Shown: positions 37,614 to 51,559 of the stretch, piece by piece
Layout of the letters: each line of letters opens with the position of its first letter
Position numbering within the stretch: position 1 is the first letter of the stretch
NCBI RefSeq assembly: GCF_963921235.1
Contig: NC_086097.1
Coordinates: 223,450,001 to 223,514,000, forward strand
Direction of reading: 5' to 3'
Source: Mobula hypostoma
Lineage: Eukaryota
Length of the DNA: 64,000 nt
Program-made: the position numbers and the translations under genes
The notes under the pieces: model-generated
The model's input: the letters and a program-made list of their open reading frames with translations, nothing else
What the model was told of the DNA's origin: nothing
The model's database searches: none

Positions 37614-39128
37614 GAACACACACAAAATGCTGGATGAACTCAGCAGGCCAGGCAGCATCTATGGAAAAAAGTACAGCTGACGTTTTGGACAAAAACCCTT
37701 CGGCAGGACCCTTTTTTTTAAGATGAGAAGTAGATTTAAAAGGTGGGGTGGGGAGAAAGAAACACAAGGTAATAGTGAAACCTGGGGCGGGGGAGTGGTG
37801 GGTGGATGAAGTAAAGAGCTGGGAAGTTGGTTGCTGAAAGAGATACAGGGCCAGAGAAGGGGGAGTCTGATAGAAACATAGAAAATAGTTGCAGGAATAG
37901 GCCATTCGGCCCTTCGAGCCTGCACCGCCATTCAGTATGATCATGGCTGATCATCCAACTCAGAACCCTATACCAGCCTTCCCTCCATACCCCCGATCCC
38001 TTTAGCCACAAGGGCCATATGGAGAGGACAGAAGGCCATAGAAGAAGAAAAAGAGGAGGACGAGCATCAGAGGGAGGCAATGCGCAAGCAAGGAGATAAG
38101 GCAAGAGAGGGAAAGGGTGGGGGAGGGAGAGGGGTGTCATTATCGGAAGTCCAAGAAATCAATGTCCACCGCATCTGCTCTCAGGATGATGCTTTTCATT
38201 CTGGAACAAAAAAGATGTCCTTTTTTAAAGAAAAAGGCTTCCCTTCCTCCAGCATCAATACTACCCTCGACTGCATCTTTTCCATTTCACGCACATCTAC
38301 CCTTACCCCATCTTCCCGCCACCCTACCAGGGATAGGGTTTCTCTTGCCCTCACCAACCACCCCACCAGCCTTCACATCCAGAACATGATTCTCCGGAAC
38401 CTCCGCCACCTCCAATGGGACCCCACCATCAAGCACATCTTTCCCTCCCCCCTCACCCCCCACTTTCTGCTTTCCGCAGAGATTGCTCCACAAGCAACTT
38501 TCTTGTCCATTTGTCCCTCGCCACTGATCTCCCTCCCGGTACTTATCCTTACAAGCGGAATAAGTGCTACACCTGCCCCTACACCTGCTCCCTCACTACT
38601 GTTCAGGGCCCCAAACAGTCCTTCCAGGTGAGGCAACAATTCATCTGTGAGTCTGTTGGGGGTCATATACTGTGTCCAGTGCTCTCGGTGTGGCCTCCTG
38701 TATATAGATTGGGAGACCATTTCCCTAAGCACCAGAAGAAGTGGGTTCTCCCAGTGACCACCCTATCCCTCTTTCCCTCTCTCACCTTATCTCTTGCCTG
38801 CCAGTCACCTTCCCCTGATGCTCCTCCTCCCCTTTGCTTTCTTCCATGGCCTTCTGTTGTCTATCGGACTTCCCCTTCTCCAGGCCCTGTATATCTTTCA
38901 CCAATCAACTTTCCAGCTCTTTACTTCATCCCTCCTCCTCCTGGTTTCACCAATCACCTTGTGTTTCTCTCTCCCCTTTTAAATCTATTCCTCATCTTCT
39001 TTTCCTGCGGAAGGGTCTCAGCCCGAAAGGTCATCTGTACTCTTTCCATAGATGCTGTCTGGCCTGCTGAATTCCTCCAGCATTTTGTGTTGCTTGGATT
39101 TCCAGCATCTGCAGATTTTCTCTTGTTT
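37614..39128 (+). mobile_element. Penelope-like element with inverted 5' pLTR, GIY-YIG remnant and two hammerhead motifs
   Basis: 16-bp TSD atgatctca(t/c)tttagg (37598-37613, 39129-39144); PGTYPYKRNKCYTCPY...QGPKQSFQVRQQFICES; inversion junction ~38165; CR1 tail inserted at ~37870-38020. Confidence 0.9.
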
Positions 39129-39257
39129 ATGATCTCACTTTAGGATTTTAGCTTGTTATTTTATGCTGTCATTATTTATTGCTATTTATTTATATTTTCA
39201 TTTGCACAGTTGGTTGCTCATTGATCCTGTTTACAGTAGCTGTCCTGTAGATTTACT

Positions 39258-40003
39258 CAAAAGTTCATTTTATTATCAAAGTATACAACTGAGATTTGTC
39301 ATCTCCAGATAGCCATAAAAATACAGAAAAACCATAGAAGTAGTTGAAAGAAGACATCAATCTCCCTGCATGAAAAAGAAACAAAATCTTGCAAACCCCA
39401 ATTCCCCCCCACACAAAAACTAACAGATCACCCACACAGAAAAACAGCAAGAATGTCAAACCCCAAACCCCCAGCAAGCCAATCGGCAACAAGAAAGAAT
39501 GGGCAAGAACACAAAATATAGAACTGAAAAAGGCCAATATGAACGACAGTTAGTTTGAACTGCAGACCAAACCACAAATCTCAGAATTTCAATCACATCT
39601 CTGACAGCACTGAGCAGAGCAACCGCTCAAACCCAGCGGTTCCTCTGAGGGAAGCAACTCAAACACAGCAGCCCCTCCTAGAAAAGCGGCTCCACATTTG
39701 CCTCAATGTTTCAATCTTCCTCGACGCTTTAAATTGGCGAGAAATGTAGTCAGTCATGGCCCCTCGTCTCATCTCTGAACCTCTTCGTGTGGTAGCTCAC
39801 GCTCACGTTTCTCTTCTAGAGTTTTCTTGGGGACAGCAGAGTGCTAGCCCACTCAATTGAACTACAGACTGTAAGTCACAGACTCTAATAGTTTCAGAAA
39901 CAAAATTAAGATAAAAATACTAAGCAGAAGACATAGAAAAACTGAAATGATTGACTATCCGGAAGATGGCACTGAAGGAATCATTTGCTGGTGCCAATTT
40001 CCT
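39258..40003 (-). mobile_element. Non-autonomous retroposon with Rex1-type tail
   Basis: Ends in gataataaaatgaactt; splits a Rex1-type tail that resumes at ~40008. Confidence 0.5.
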
Positions 40004-42569
40004 GCAGGCTGAGTATGCACGCAGGAAAAAAGAATCTCAGGGTTGTATGTGGTGACGTGCATGTTCTCTGATAATAAATTTTACTTTGAACTTTAGATAT
40101 AAACGGGTTGAAGCACATGAAACTACACAAGAAAGTTAACTCCAACATCATTAATTTCACAGCTACCCAGTTGCTTCCATTCCCATTCCTCTCCTGTGAA
40201 ACTGGAAGTTGTCTGCAATAACACTAATAGCTTGCAGGTCTCTCAGTGACTTGAGTTCATGTGAAAATTCAGAGAGAGTATACATTGGCCTATCCCATCA
40301 TCTGATCATTTAATAGATGTTCTCCACCTAGTTCATGGGCAGAAATCAGAAATACAAACTACTGATGGGTCACACTTCTGCCAGTGCTTCAACATGTCAC
40401 TGTATCTGTGCTTCGATGCAGAGAATACTAACAACAACTGGAAGCATACGGTACCTAAAAATAACGCACCAGTGAGATGACATTGTGTGGACATGCAAAA
40501 CATCTGAAGCACAATGTTCAATAGAACCCTAGGCAGTTCTACCATATTCTGTCATAAACACTGTGACGGACAGCCATCCAACTAATGACAACAGGCACTT
40601 CATAAACATACTCCACATCCATTCATGGTAGGGAAACCCAGTGTGCAAGTACACAATGCAAATTTGAAATATTTACAAATGTCATAATCCACTTGGATGA
40701 ACGGTTTTGGCTTCACCCAAGAATTTCACCAAAGAAGTCTGAAAGTAAATGAATTTACTCCACATGACACCAAGAACATGCTTGGCCCTCTGGATACAGA
40801 AAAAGCAATACACTTTGAGCATCTCTAGGCTGTAGTGCTAAAGATGGGCTCAGAAATTAGTCAGAACTCCAGTGGAGGTATTCTACTACACTGCACTTTT
40901 TTGTTTCATTTCACTTTCCCACAGAAATGAAAAACATTTACTGTTATTCTATTATCATAAAAGCACATAAAGTTAACGTCTCAGCCAGAGAACATTAAAG
41001 TTACGTCTCAAGTGGAAGTGCAAGATCAAATGTCACTTTCCATGAAGACAGAGATTGTTATCTCTGATGTCTAGCCATTATTTACCCCATATCATGACAG
41101 ATCTGCTCCATATTTCATTGGTCCCTGTGGGCAAAATGCTCCTGCACTTTCTATTTTACAATAAGACCCATTCATTATCCTGCCCAGGAACAGCCAATAT
41201 TTCAGTAACACAAAGAATAACTTTTCTATTAAAATCTCTACTTCAGCAAGAAGGGATGGTACATGTGGGGAGCCCGACTGAGCATCCCCCAAGCGGGGTG
41301 GGTGGGGGTGTGTGTGTGTGGGGGGGGGGGAGAATTCACCAGAGATATATGGTGTGGATAACAAAAGCTGCAGTATAGAGTTAAGAATGACAAAATAATA
41401 ATCCATTCTAATCACTGAACATGTCTAACACCATTTCAGTACTGAAGTTGTAGAGCAAAGATTACTGGTGTATTTTAAATAGGAAGTTGCAGGAAAGGTG
41501 GGCGTAGATTTGGAACACCTGAATTCTTGCCAGAATTTTAAAAGAATCTTGAATTGAAGATGGAACACCTTGCAAGAGCTCAGGAAGTTAAAGGCAATGG
41601 TTTTAAGGAATTGAGGCTGTCCCAGAAGAAATGGAATGGACTACAACGTCAGCAAGTTTGGCATCAAGAACTGCATTCATAACTTAATTTAGATTAGTTT
41701 TAAGAGTTGGATAAAGTCAACACTGTCATAGTCAAGGAAGAGGAGAGAGAGAAACTCAAGAAAACAGTTCAGTCTGAGGTGGAAATAATGTGGGAGAGAC
41801 ATACAAAAGGCAGCTGGTGATGGATTATCCTGGCAAAGGGGGTAACTTGCAGAGAACAAAGGAACAAAACACTGAGGAAAGAAAGTAGATGAGAAAACGA
41901 TAACTCCACAGCAAGACTTAGCAAATACACTCAGAAGTGACTAAAGGTTTTAATAGGAATAGAAGCTTTTGGAGGACTTGAACAGGAGGGAAAAAGCTTG
42001 CTTTTAAAAAAAAGATCAAGGGCCTAGGATGGTGTTGTCAATAATCAAACCTCTAAAGAGAAAGATCATGAAAGTAGAGATGGCAAGATTTTATACAAAT
42101 TTAGCTTGGAAAGATTCAAGAGAAGATTCATTTTGGGAGGATCGGAGAGCAGAGATTTTGGGGGGGGGGGGCAAGAGAAACAAAGCTCCTCAATGTAAAG
42201 GCTAATAAGATAGTCAGGTAGGATAGAATGCAATTAGATCACAAAGAAGGAAGGAATGAGAGTTTAGAATCAGGTATTAAATGTCCATGTTCTTTCTTCA
42301 AAACCGCACAACACTGACGTTTGATGATGATTCAAATAGGGGACAAAACCTTACAACTTTCTCCCTATAACTGCACTGTTTTACGTTGAAAAGTTCCATT
42401 TATCTGTACCCTTATTTTGTCCTAAGATGATTTTTTAAGGAACTAGATCCTAAAAGCTCAACATTAAAGAACTATATACATAATCAATGCCCAGAAATTT
42501 TATTTATCAATTAAGATTGTGCAGCAGAGTCTCAAGTTTACAAAAAAAAATCATCAGTTGTTTTAGAAT

Positions 42570-43630
42570 AGGATAGAAGATTGGCTAACTGATAGGAAGC
42601 AAAGAGTGGGAATAAAGAAGGCCTCTGGCTGCCAGTGACTAGTGATGTTCCACAGGGGTCGGTGTTGGGACCGCTTCTTTTCACTTCATATGTTAATGAT
42701 TTGAATGATGGAATTGATGGCTTTGTGGCCAAGTATGCAGACCATACAAACATAGATGGAAGAGCAGGTAGCGTTGAGGGAGCAGGGAATCTGCAGGACT
42801 TGTACAGATTGGGAGAATGGGCACAGAAGTGGCAAATGGAATGCAATGTAGCAAAGTGTACCACCATGCACTTTGCTAGAAGGAATAAAGGTGTAGAATA
42901 TTTTCTAAACAGAAAAAAATTGGAAATCAGAAAGACTTGGTAGAGCTTGTGCAGGATTCTCTAAAGGTTAACTTGCAGACTGAGTTGTAAGGAAGGCAAG
43001 TGCAACGTTAGCATTCATTTCAAGGGGACTAGAATATAAAAGCAAGGATGTAATGCTGAGGCTTTATAAAGCATTGTTCACACTGTACTTGGAGTATTGC
43101 GAACAGTTTTGAGTCCCTTATCTAAGAAAAGATGTGCTGGTATTAGAGAGGGTCCAGAGGAGGTTCATGAGAATGATTCCAGGAATAAAAGGGTTAACAT
43201 CTGAGGAGCATTTGATGGCTCTGGGCCTGTTCTTGCTGGAGTTTAGAAGAATGAACAGGGGAAAAAAACGCACTAGAATGCTTGGACAGAGTGGACATGG
43301 AGTGGATGTTTCCGATACAGCGGAAGTCTAGGACCAATAGCTACAGTGTCAGAATAGAGGGATGCCCATTTACAATAGAGATGAGGAGGAATTTCTTTAG
43401 CCAGAGAGTAGTGAATCTGTGGAATGCATTACTGTAGACGGCTCTGGAGGCTAAGTCATTGGATATATTTAAAGCAGAGGTTGACTGGTTCTTGATTAGA
43501 CAAGCATCAAAGGTTACGGGACAAGGCAGGAGAATGGGGTTGAGAGGGATAATAAATCAACCATAATGGGATGGTAAGGGAGGCTCGATGGGCTGAATAG
43601 CCTAATTCTGCTCTTTTGTCTTATGATCTG
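42570..43630 (+). mobile_element. Degenerate CR1 LINE
   Basis: SDVPQGSVLGPLLF, AKYADHT and LERVQRRFMRMIPG; second tail copy at ~43740-43885. Confidence 0.9.
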
Positions 43631-45691
43631 ATTTTGCATAAAAACAGCAAAGTAGTTATGACACAGCAGGGTTGATGATACAAAGTTCAAAGTTAAGCCG
43701 TTTCCATGAAACAGTCAGCTGTGACTGAGATTTATCAGTTTAAGACTGGTAAGGGTGTCAAAGGCTATAGGGAGAAGGTAGGAGAATGGGGTTAACATGG
43801 ATAATACATCAGCCATGATAGAATGCAAGGTAAAACTGATGGGCTGAATGGCCTAAATCTGCTCCTATATCTTATGGTCTTATGATTCAGATGCAATACT
43901 TTCACCTCTATGCGCAAAAAGAAGCCCAGGATTCAAATCCTAACTAGTGATACTATTACAAAAGTCAGTGCTGAAACTAACCGCTATCATATTGGTAAAA
44001 AAAATTAGAGACTGATATGAAAACAAAAACCCACTGTCTTCACTGGGAATTACCCCTGATATCCTGGCAATACAAGTCCCTTAGATGAAAGATCTGAAAT
44101 AAATCAATTCTTTCCGATAAGTGCGACCTTACTGTGAACACATTTTATATTTATTTTGGGATTTGAACATCCCAAAGGTAATAAAAATGTGCACAATCAA
44201 ATCCCTGAACTATCATTGAGAGGTGGTGAGCCATCTGCTTAAATCATTGTAGCCCTTCTGATGAAGGTATACTTCAATGATAAAGCAAAAAAAAACCCAC
44301 CTGATTTTCCTTTTTCATGAGCTGCACTATGATATGGCAAAGTGATCTAACAGTGTACATGTGAACACAGAACATAGAAAGGAGGAGTTGTCCAGCTGTG
44401 ATTGTTCAGAACATGATCTGTAAAATGGACAGATGTTGGAGATGCCCAACTTAAGAGCTAATTCAGCATAATTAAGTATGCAAACTAGGAAATTTCCTGG
44501 AATGCATAGGAAAACGTACAAAGTTATCCAAGGGGAAAATGTCACATAAATATTTACGACAGGAAAAGCCCCCATACATGTTTGGGACTAATACAAATTT
44601 GACTACATGTTAAAGTAAAGTTGGTATCTAAAGTTTGTGAGCCAAACTTCAGAGCACGTGCCATGATTATAATTATAGTTCTAAAGTTCTCAAATACCAG
44701 GAAGCTTGTGATACAGAGAGATATACTGCAGAGAGTCGTGGACACAACTCAGCACATCATGAAAACCAGCCTCCCTTCCATGGACTGTCTACGTTTTTTG
44801 ATGCCTCAGTAAAGCAGCGGCATAATCAAAGATCCCACTCACCCCAGGTATTGTCTTTTATTCCCTCCCCAATTCAGAAGATAGCATGTACCACTAAACT
44901 TGAGGACAGCTTCTACCCTGCTGTATTAAGACTCATGACCTCAAAATCTATCACGTAATGTTCTTGCACTTTATTACCTATCTGCACTGCACTTTCTCAA
45001 CAGATATTGCACTTTATTCTGCATTGTTATTGTTTTATGTTGTACTGCAACAAAGCACAATGATTTAATCTGTATAAACAATATACAAGACAATCTTTTC
45101 ACTAAGAGCAAACCAATTCTAATACATGAGAAACAAGCACAGACCTGAGGAAACAAGCGTTTCTATACAATGTGTATAAAAAAGGTGAAACCAAGTATCT
45201 GGCCGATGAAAGATACTGTATATTCAGAGATCTAGATGTTTCAGAATGTTATGCTGTTGACTATGATGGTGTTGGTGGTTCTAATAATTTTCTATAACAG
45301 ACAATTGAACAGTTATGTAGTGCTGTTTCGTGTACAAAAATTTCTAAATTACAATAGAGTTTCAGTGAATCTCGCAACTTCAGCATTTAGTATTTGATGA
45401 TAAAGGTTTTTCTGCCGTAAATAAATATTTTTCACCTGACATTCACAGCATTTTCTACTGGAAACTGAGTTATACCAGCCAAAAACTAAATCAAAACAGT
45501 ACAATACTGTAAATACCTTTAACACACAAAAGATTCAAGTACGATCAACATTATTTCTTTTGAAAGGCTTGCTTTTTAAAAAATTTCTTATTAATGTAAT
45601 AACATTTATTCAGTCGTTATTGTTAATGAAGTACAATCACAATTTAGTACTTAGACAGATAACTTGCCAATAAATAAATCACCAGACTAAC

Positions 45692-45827
45692 CTTTGATTG
45701 TACATGCCCTTAAAGTTATAATTAGCTCTGTAGTTAGGTAATGGCTTTGGTTCTAAAGGTCGATAGATAGCAGGCTCGCCCCTCTTCATTGCAAGACCAT
45801 TCAACTCAACAGTTGGTGTTATACTTC
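45692..45827 (-). CDS. STAU2: Internal coding exon of double-stranded RNA-binding protein Staufen homolog 2 (start of split dsRBD2)
   Basis: Minus strand: ctttgtatattacAG|GA AGT ATA ACA CCA...AAT CAA AG|GTtagt. 136 nt, phase 1 to phase 2. Translates (G)SITPTVELNGLAMKRGEPAIYRPLEPKPLPNYRANYNFKGMYNQ(R), nearly identical to vertebrate STAU2 as I recall it (SITPTVELNGLAMKRGEPAIYRPLDPKPFPNYRANYNFRGMYNQR). Confidence 0.96.
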
Positions 45828-46625
45828 CTGTAATATACAAAGTAAATACAACAGCTTGTTTAAAAAAAAATCAAAAAATGCAATTTCAATTGCTGCAGAT
45901 ATATATGCAGGACAATTTAAATGAGCATTCTGCAACAAATACCATTATTATTTAGTAACTTGTGTCAGTGACCAAAGTCCCTGACATGTTTAATTATACT
46001 TAAACATTTATATCATTATATTTAAAATAGTAAAACATAACAAAGGTTTTTAAAGCCTGGAAGTATGACAGAAGTCATAAATTAAATTAATTAAGTGTAG
46101 ATGGAATATTAAAGTAGGTAGAATCGAGAAACATTGAGGAAGAGTGAGAAAGTAGAGTGTTCGAAAATGACACTTAGCATTCTTTGCCTTCACTCTCACC
46201 AGAGATCAGGCCCAATACCAGCACTACACCAACAGAATGTGTCTTCAGTTCATTTTCTGGTTAAGGAGATACTGGTCCTCGACTATTCCTGTGCTTCAGT
46301 TGCTCATATTTGTTGGGACAGGTGGGCAGAAACTCATCATCTGTTAATAGATCATCAGAACCTGAGGTACTGATGGAAAAGGATAGAATTTTGGTAGGTG
46401 CAATTACAGCGTCTTACTGAATGGCATGTTGCTTACAGATACAGATAAATGAGCACTCCGGTCTGGTCACCAAGTAGCTCAGCCTGGATCAAGAGTATAA
46501 ATTTCCACATTCCACAAAATAAATTCCTGTCACATATTACCAGTTCACATTAACTTATTTATGTGCCTTGTTTTGCTGTAGAAACACTCCAGAGTGCTGG
46601 GGAAATTCACAAAAACTGGTATTTT

Positions 46626-48220
46626 AAGAACATAAGAAATAGGAGCAGGAGTAGGCCATCTAGCCCATTGAGCCTGTTCCGCCATTCAATAAGATCATGA
46701 CTGATCAGGCCATGGACTCATCTCCACATACCTGCCATTTCCCCATAACCCTCAATTCCTCTACTAGGCAAAAATCTATCCAAACTTGTCTTAAATGTAT
46801 TTACTGAGGTAGCTTCCACTGCTTCATTGGGCAGAAAATTCCACAGATTCATCACTCTCTGGGGAAAAAGCAGTTCCTTCTCATCTCCATCCTAAATCTA
46901 CTCCCCTGAATCTTGAGGCTATGTCCCCTAGTTCTAGTCTCATCTTCCAGTGGAAATAAATTTCCTGCCTCTATTTTATCTATCCTTTACATAATTTCAT
47001 GTTTCTATAAGATCTCCTCTCATTCTTCTGAATTCCACCGAGTATAGTCCTAGGCGATTCAATCCCTGGGGGGAGGAGAAGATGGCGGCACGACGCAGCT
47101 CGCAGCGGCCACTCCAGTGGCGATATCTGTTATCTGTCAAGTAGGGTGCCGTGCACAATCCTGATTTGATGGAGACAGATGTGAGAGCACTGAGGAACAT
47201 CTGGTGAAAATTCTGAAATGGCCGCTTCGCTGCCACTGCTACTGTGTGATCCAGAATCTCCGGAGGGGAAGGCCCCGAGTCTTTGGCTTTGCTTGTTGCT
47301 CGGCGGCCGGGATGGGGTTGAGTCGCTCGGCAGAGGTTGGTGTTGGAGGACTGGTCGGAGGCTCGAAGTTTTCGGACGGACTCAGAGTCAGCTGTGGTCG
47401 GGTGCTTCCAATGCATCAGCAAGTTTGTAGCGCTTGGAGGTTCATGGCAGGGAGAGTTTCTCCCTTCTACCGTCTGTGTGAGATGATGGGGCTATCAGGA
47501 CTTGAGACTTTTTTTTATCGTGCCCATGGTCTGCTCTTTATCAAATTACGGTATTGCTTTGCACTGTTGTAACTATATGTTATAATTGTGTGGTTTTGTC
47601 AGTTTTAGTCTTGGTTTGTCCTATGTTTCTGTGATATGTTTCTGGAGGAACATTGTATTATTTTTTAATGCATGCATTTCTAAATGACAATAAACGAGGA
47701 CTGAGTGCCCTCATAATCTAATCCTCATAGTCTAACCCCCTCATCTCTGGAATCAACCTGGTGAACCTCATCTGCAACGCCTCCAAAGCCACAATATCCT
47801 TCCTCAAAAGTAAGGAGACCAGAACTGCATGCAGTACTCCAGGTGCTGCCTTACCAGTACCCTGTACAGTTGCAGCATAACCTCCCTACTCGAAAATTCA
47901 ATCCCTCTAGCAATGAAGGACAACATTCTATTTGCATTCTTGATAGGCTGCTGCAACTGCAAACCAACCTTCTGTGATTCATGCACAAGCACTCCTAAGT
48001 CCCTCTGCACAGAAGCATGCTGCAATTTTTTACCATATAAATAATAATCTGCTTTTTCATTTTTCATTGCCCACTCACTTAACCTATCTATATCTCTCTG
48101 CAGACTCTCCGTATCTTCTGCACAACTTGTTTTTCCACTCAATTTAGTATTATCAGCAAACTTGGATACACTACACTCAGTCCCCCCTTCCAGATCATTA
48201 ATGTATATTGTGAACAGTTG
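46626..48220 (-). mobile_element. CR1 LINE fragment, interrupted at 47067-47722
   Basis: QLFTIYINDL, SKFADNTKL, QRDLGVLVHESQK and FRRMRGDLIET; tail atttcttatgttctta. Confidence 0.92.
47067..47722 (+). mobile_element. Apparently full-length ~650-bp non-autonomous retroposon
   Basis: Starts ggaggagaagatggcggc; ends with AATAAA, a stem-loop and aatctaat; inserted in CR1; second copy at 28898-29382. Confidence 0.85.
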
Positions 48221-48640
48221 ATACAGTTCAGATTTTTTCTGGATTAGCACTCACAGTCCACTTCATTTTACTTGGATCTCTGGAAAATTATAATAATGTG
48301 TAAGAAAGTCACCTCATGGTATTAATAGAAATATCATCCAACAGAAGGAAAATTCTGTTGGGCAATACCAATGTCCTGAGCATGCCAGATTTATTTTACT
48401 GTGAGGCTTGCCAAAGAGCATCACAGGAACATGTCCTGGAGGTCCGAGTGACCTTCAAGGGAGGATGGGAACCATCACTTGGTGAATCAGTCGTCAACTA
48501 TTGGGAGCTTTGAATAGTCAGCTCATGGACTATAGAGTTCCAAGATACTTGAGGTAATAGAAGAGTTTAAGAATGGGATTTGAGATGAAATCGGCCTCTG
48601 TCACTGCATTGTCAACATATAGTCAACAATGATGGGGGCT

Positions 48641-48844
48641 AAACAACAGGAATTCTGCAGATGCTGGAAATTCAAGCAACATACATCAAAGTTGCTGGTG
48701 AACGCAGCAGGCCAAGCAGCATCTATAGGAAGAGGCGCAGTCGACGTTTCAGGCTGAGACCCTTCGTCAGGACTAACTGAAGGAAGAGTGAGTAAGAGAT
48801 TTGAAAGCTGGAGGGGGAGGGGGAGATGCAAAAAAAAAAAAATA
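48641..48844 (-). mobile_element. Young PLE pseudo-LTR insertion
   Basis: Perfect 13-bp TSD aatgatgggggct (48628-48640, 48845-48857). Confidence 0.88.
48739..48774 (-). ncRNA. Minimal type I hammerhead ribozyme motif, core intact
   Basis: AGUC-CUGACGA-A-GGGU-CUCA-GCCU-GAAA-CG-UC/GACU: helix I AGUC/GACU, helix II, palindromic ACGU in place of helix III, GUC cleavage triplet. Confidence 0.8.
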
Positions 48845-48929
48845 AATGATGGGGGCTGAAAGGTGGGAGGTTGAGTCATTATGTGGAGGGGTTAGTTTCA
48901 GAAATTACATGAATAGAGAGGGGCAAGTT

Positions 48930-50493
<1,564 letters not shown>

Positions 50494-51559
50494 TAAACAA
50501 TTAATACAGTGGTTTCCGTAGCTTGTAGTTTGTTTTTGTTTTTACAAAGCAAGGAATTTATCAATAGACAGATTCCACAAATGCTGGAAAACTTGAACAA
50601 TACACACAAAATGCTGGAGGAACTCAGCAAGTCAGGCAGCATGGAGGGAAATAAACAGTTGACGTTTCAGGCCAAAACCATTAATCAGGACTTTCTAAGC
50701 TGTTCCAAACTTCTGTGTGTGTGATTTTTCGACAGATTTTTTTAAGTGCAGGCTACTTTGTGTGTGTCCATTAGTAAATATTTCATTGTCCTTTTGCTGG
50801 TAGATTGTTGCAGCAAATAACATCAGGAGATACTATTTTCTGTTTGATAAGTTTCTTATGTAGGTTCTGAATGATTAATAATTTCTTTAGGAAAGAATTC
50901 CGATTTAGAGCTCTGAGCAAACTAAACTTTGTGTTGCACTGGTCTTGATTACTATGAATTTGCATAAAAATGAACTCTAATTTTTTTTAATCAATTAAAG
51001 ATGACAAATTCTATTGTCTCAAGTACATGCTCCCAGAGGAGATCTATGAATGACACCAACAAGATAGATTAATGTCTATTTTCTGTCATAAAGAACCATT
51101 TAGAAAAATAATTCATACAATTAGAAAGCAAGACAAATAGGCAAATTGAAACTTGGAAAACCTTTACATATCCCTGTCTTGGGTTATTATAGTTTCAAGA
51201 ACTTGCCCCGCTTGTTCATGCAAACATTCTTAGTACACTTACCACAATATTACAACATGCCAAGTATTTCACAACACATGCAACGTATAGACATTCATAA
51301 ATGCAGGAAATCTGTCAGCCAATTGGTCAACAGCAGATTCCGACAAATAGCAGTTACAACAGTCAGATAATATGTTTTCATAAAACTAAGAAATAAATAT
51401 CCCAAGGATATTTATTTTAAATCTTCAGGGATAACTGTCTGTGACTCTGAGATTAGTCTCGGTGGGGGGAGGGAAGGGAGGTTTAGGGAACCTTGGTTTT
51501 CAAGATATTTAAGCCCTGGTTTAAAAAAAATTGTATAGCAGGTATTGGCAGGGAAGAAC

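Noticed and set aside
41440..42290. Purine-rich stretch possibly an ancient retroelement ORF on the minus strand
   Set aside because: No motif clear enough to call.
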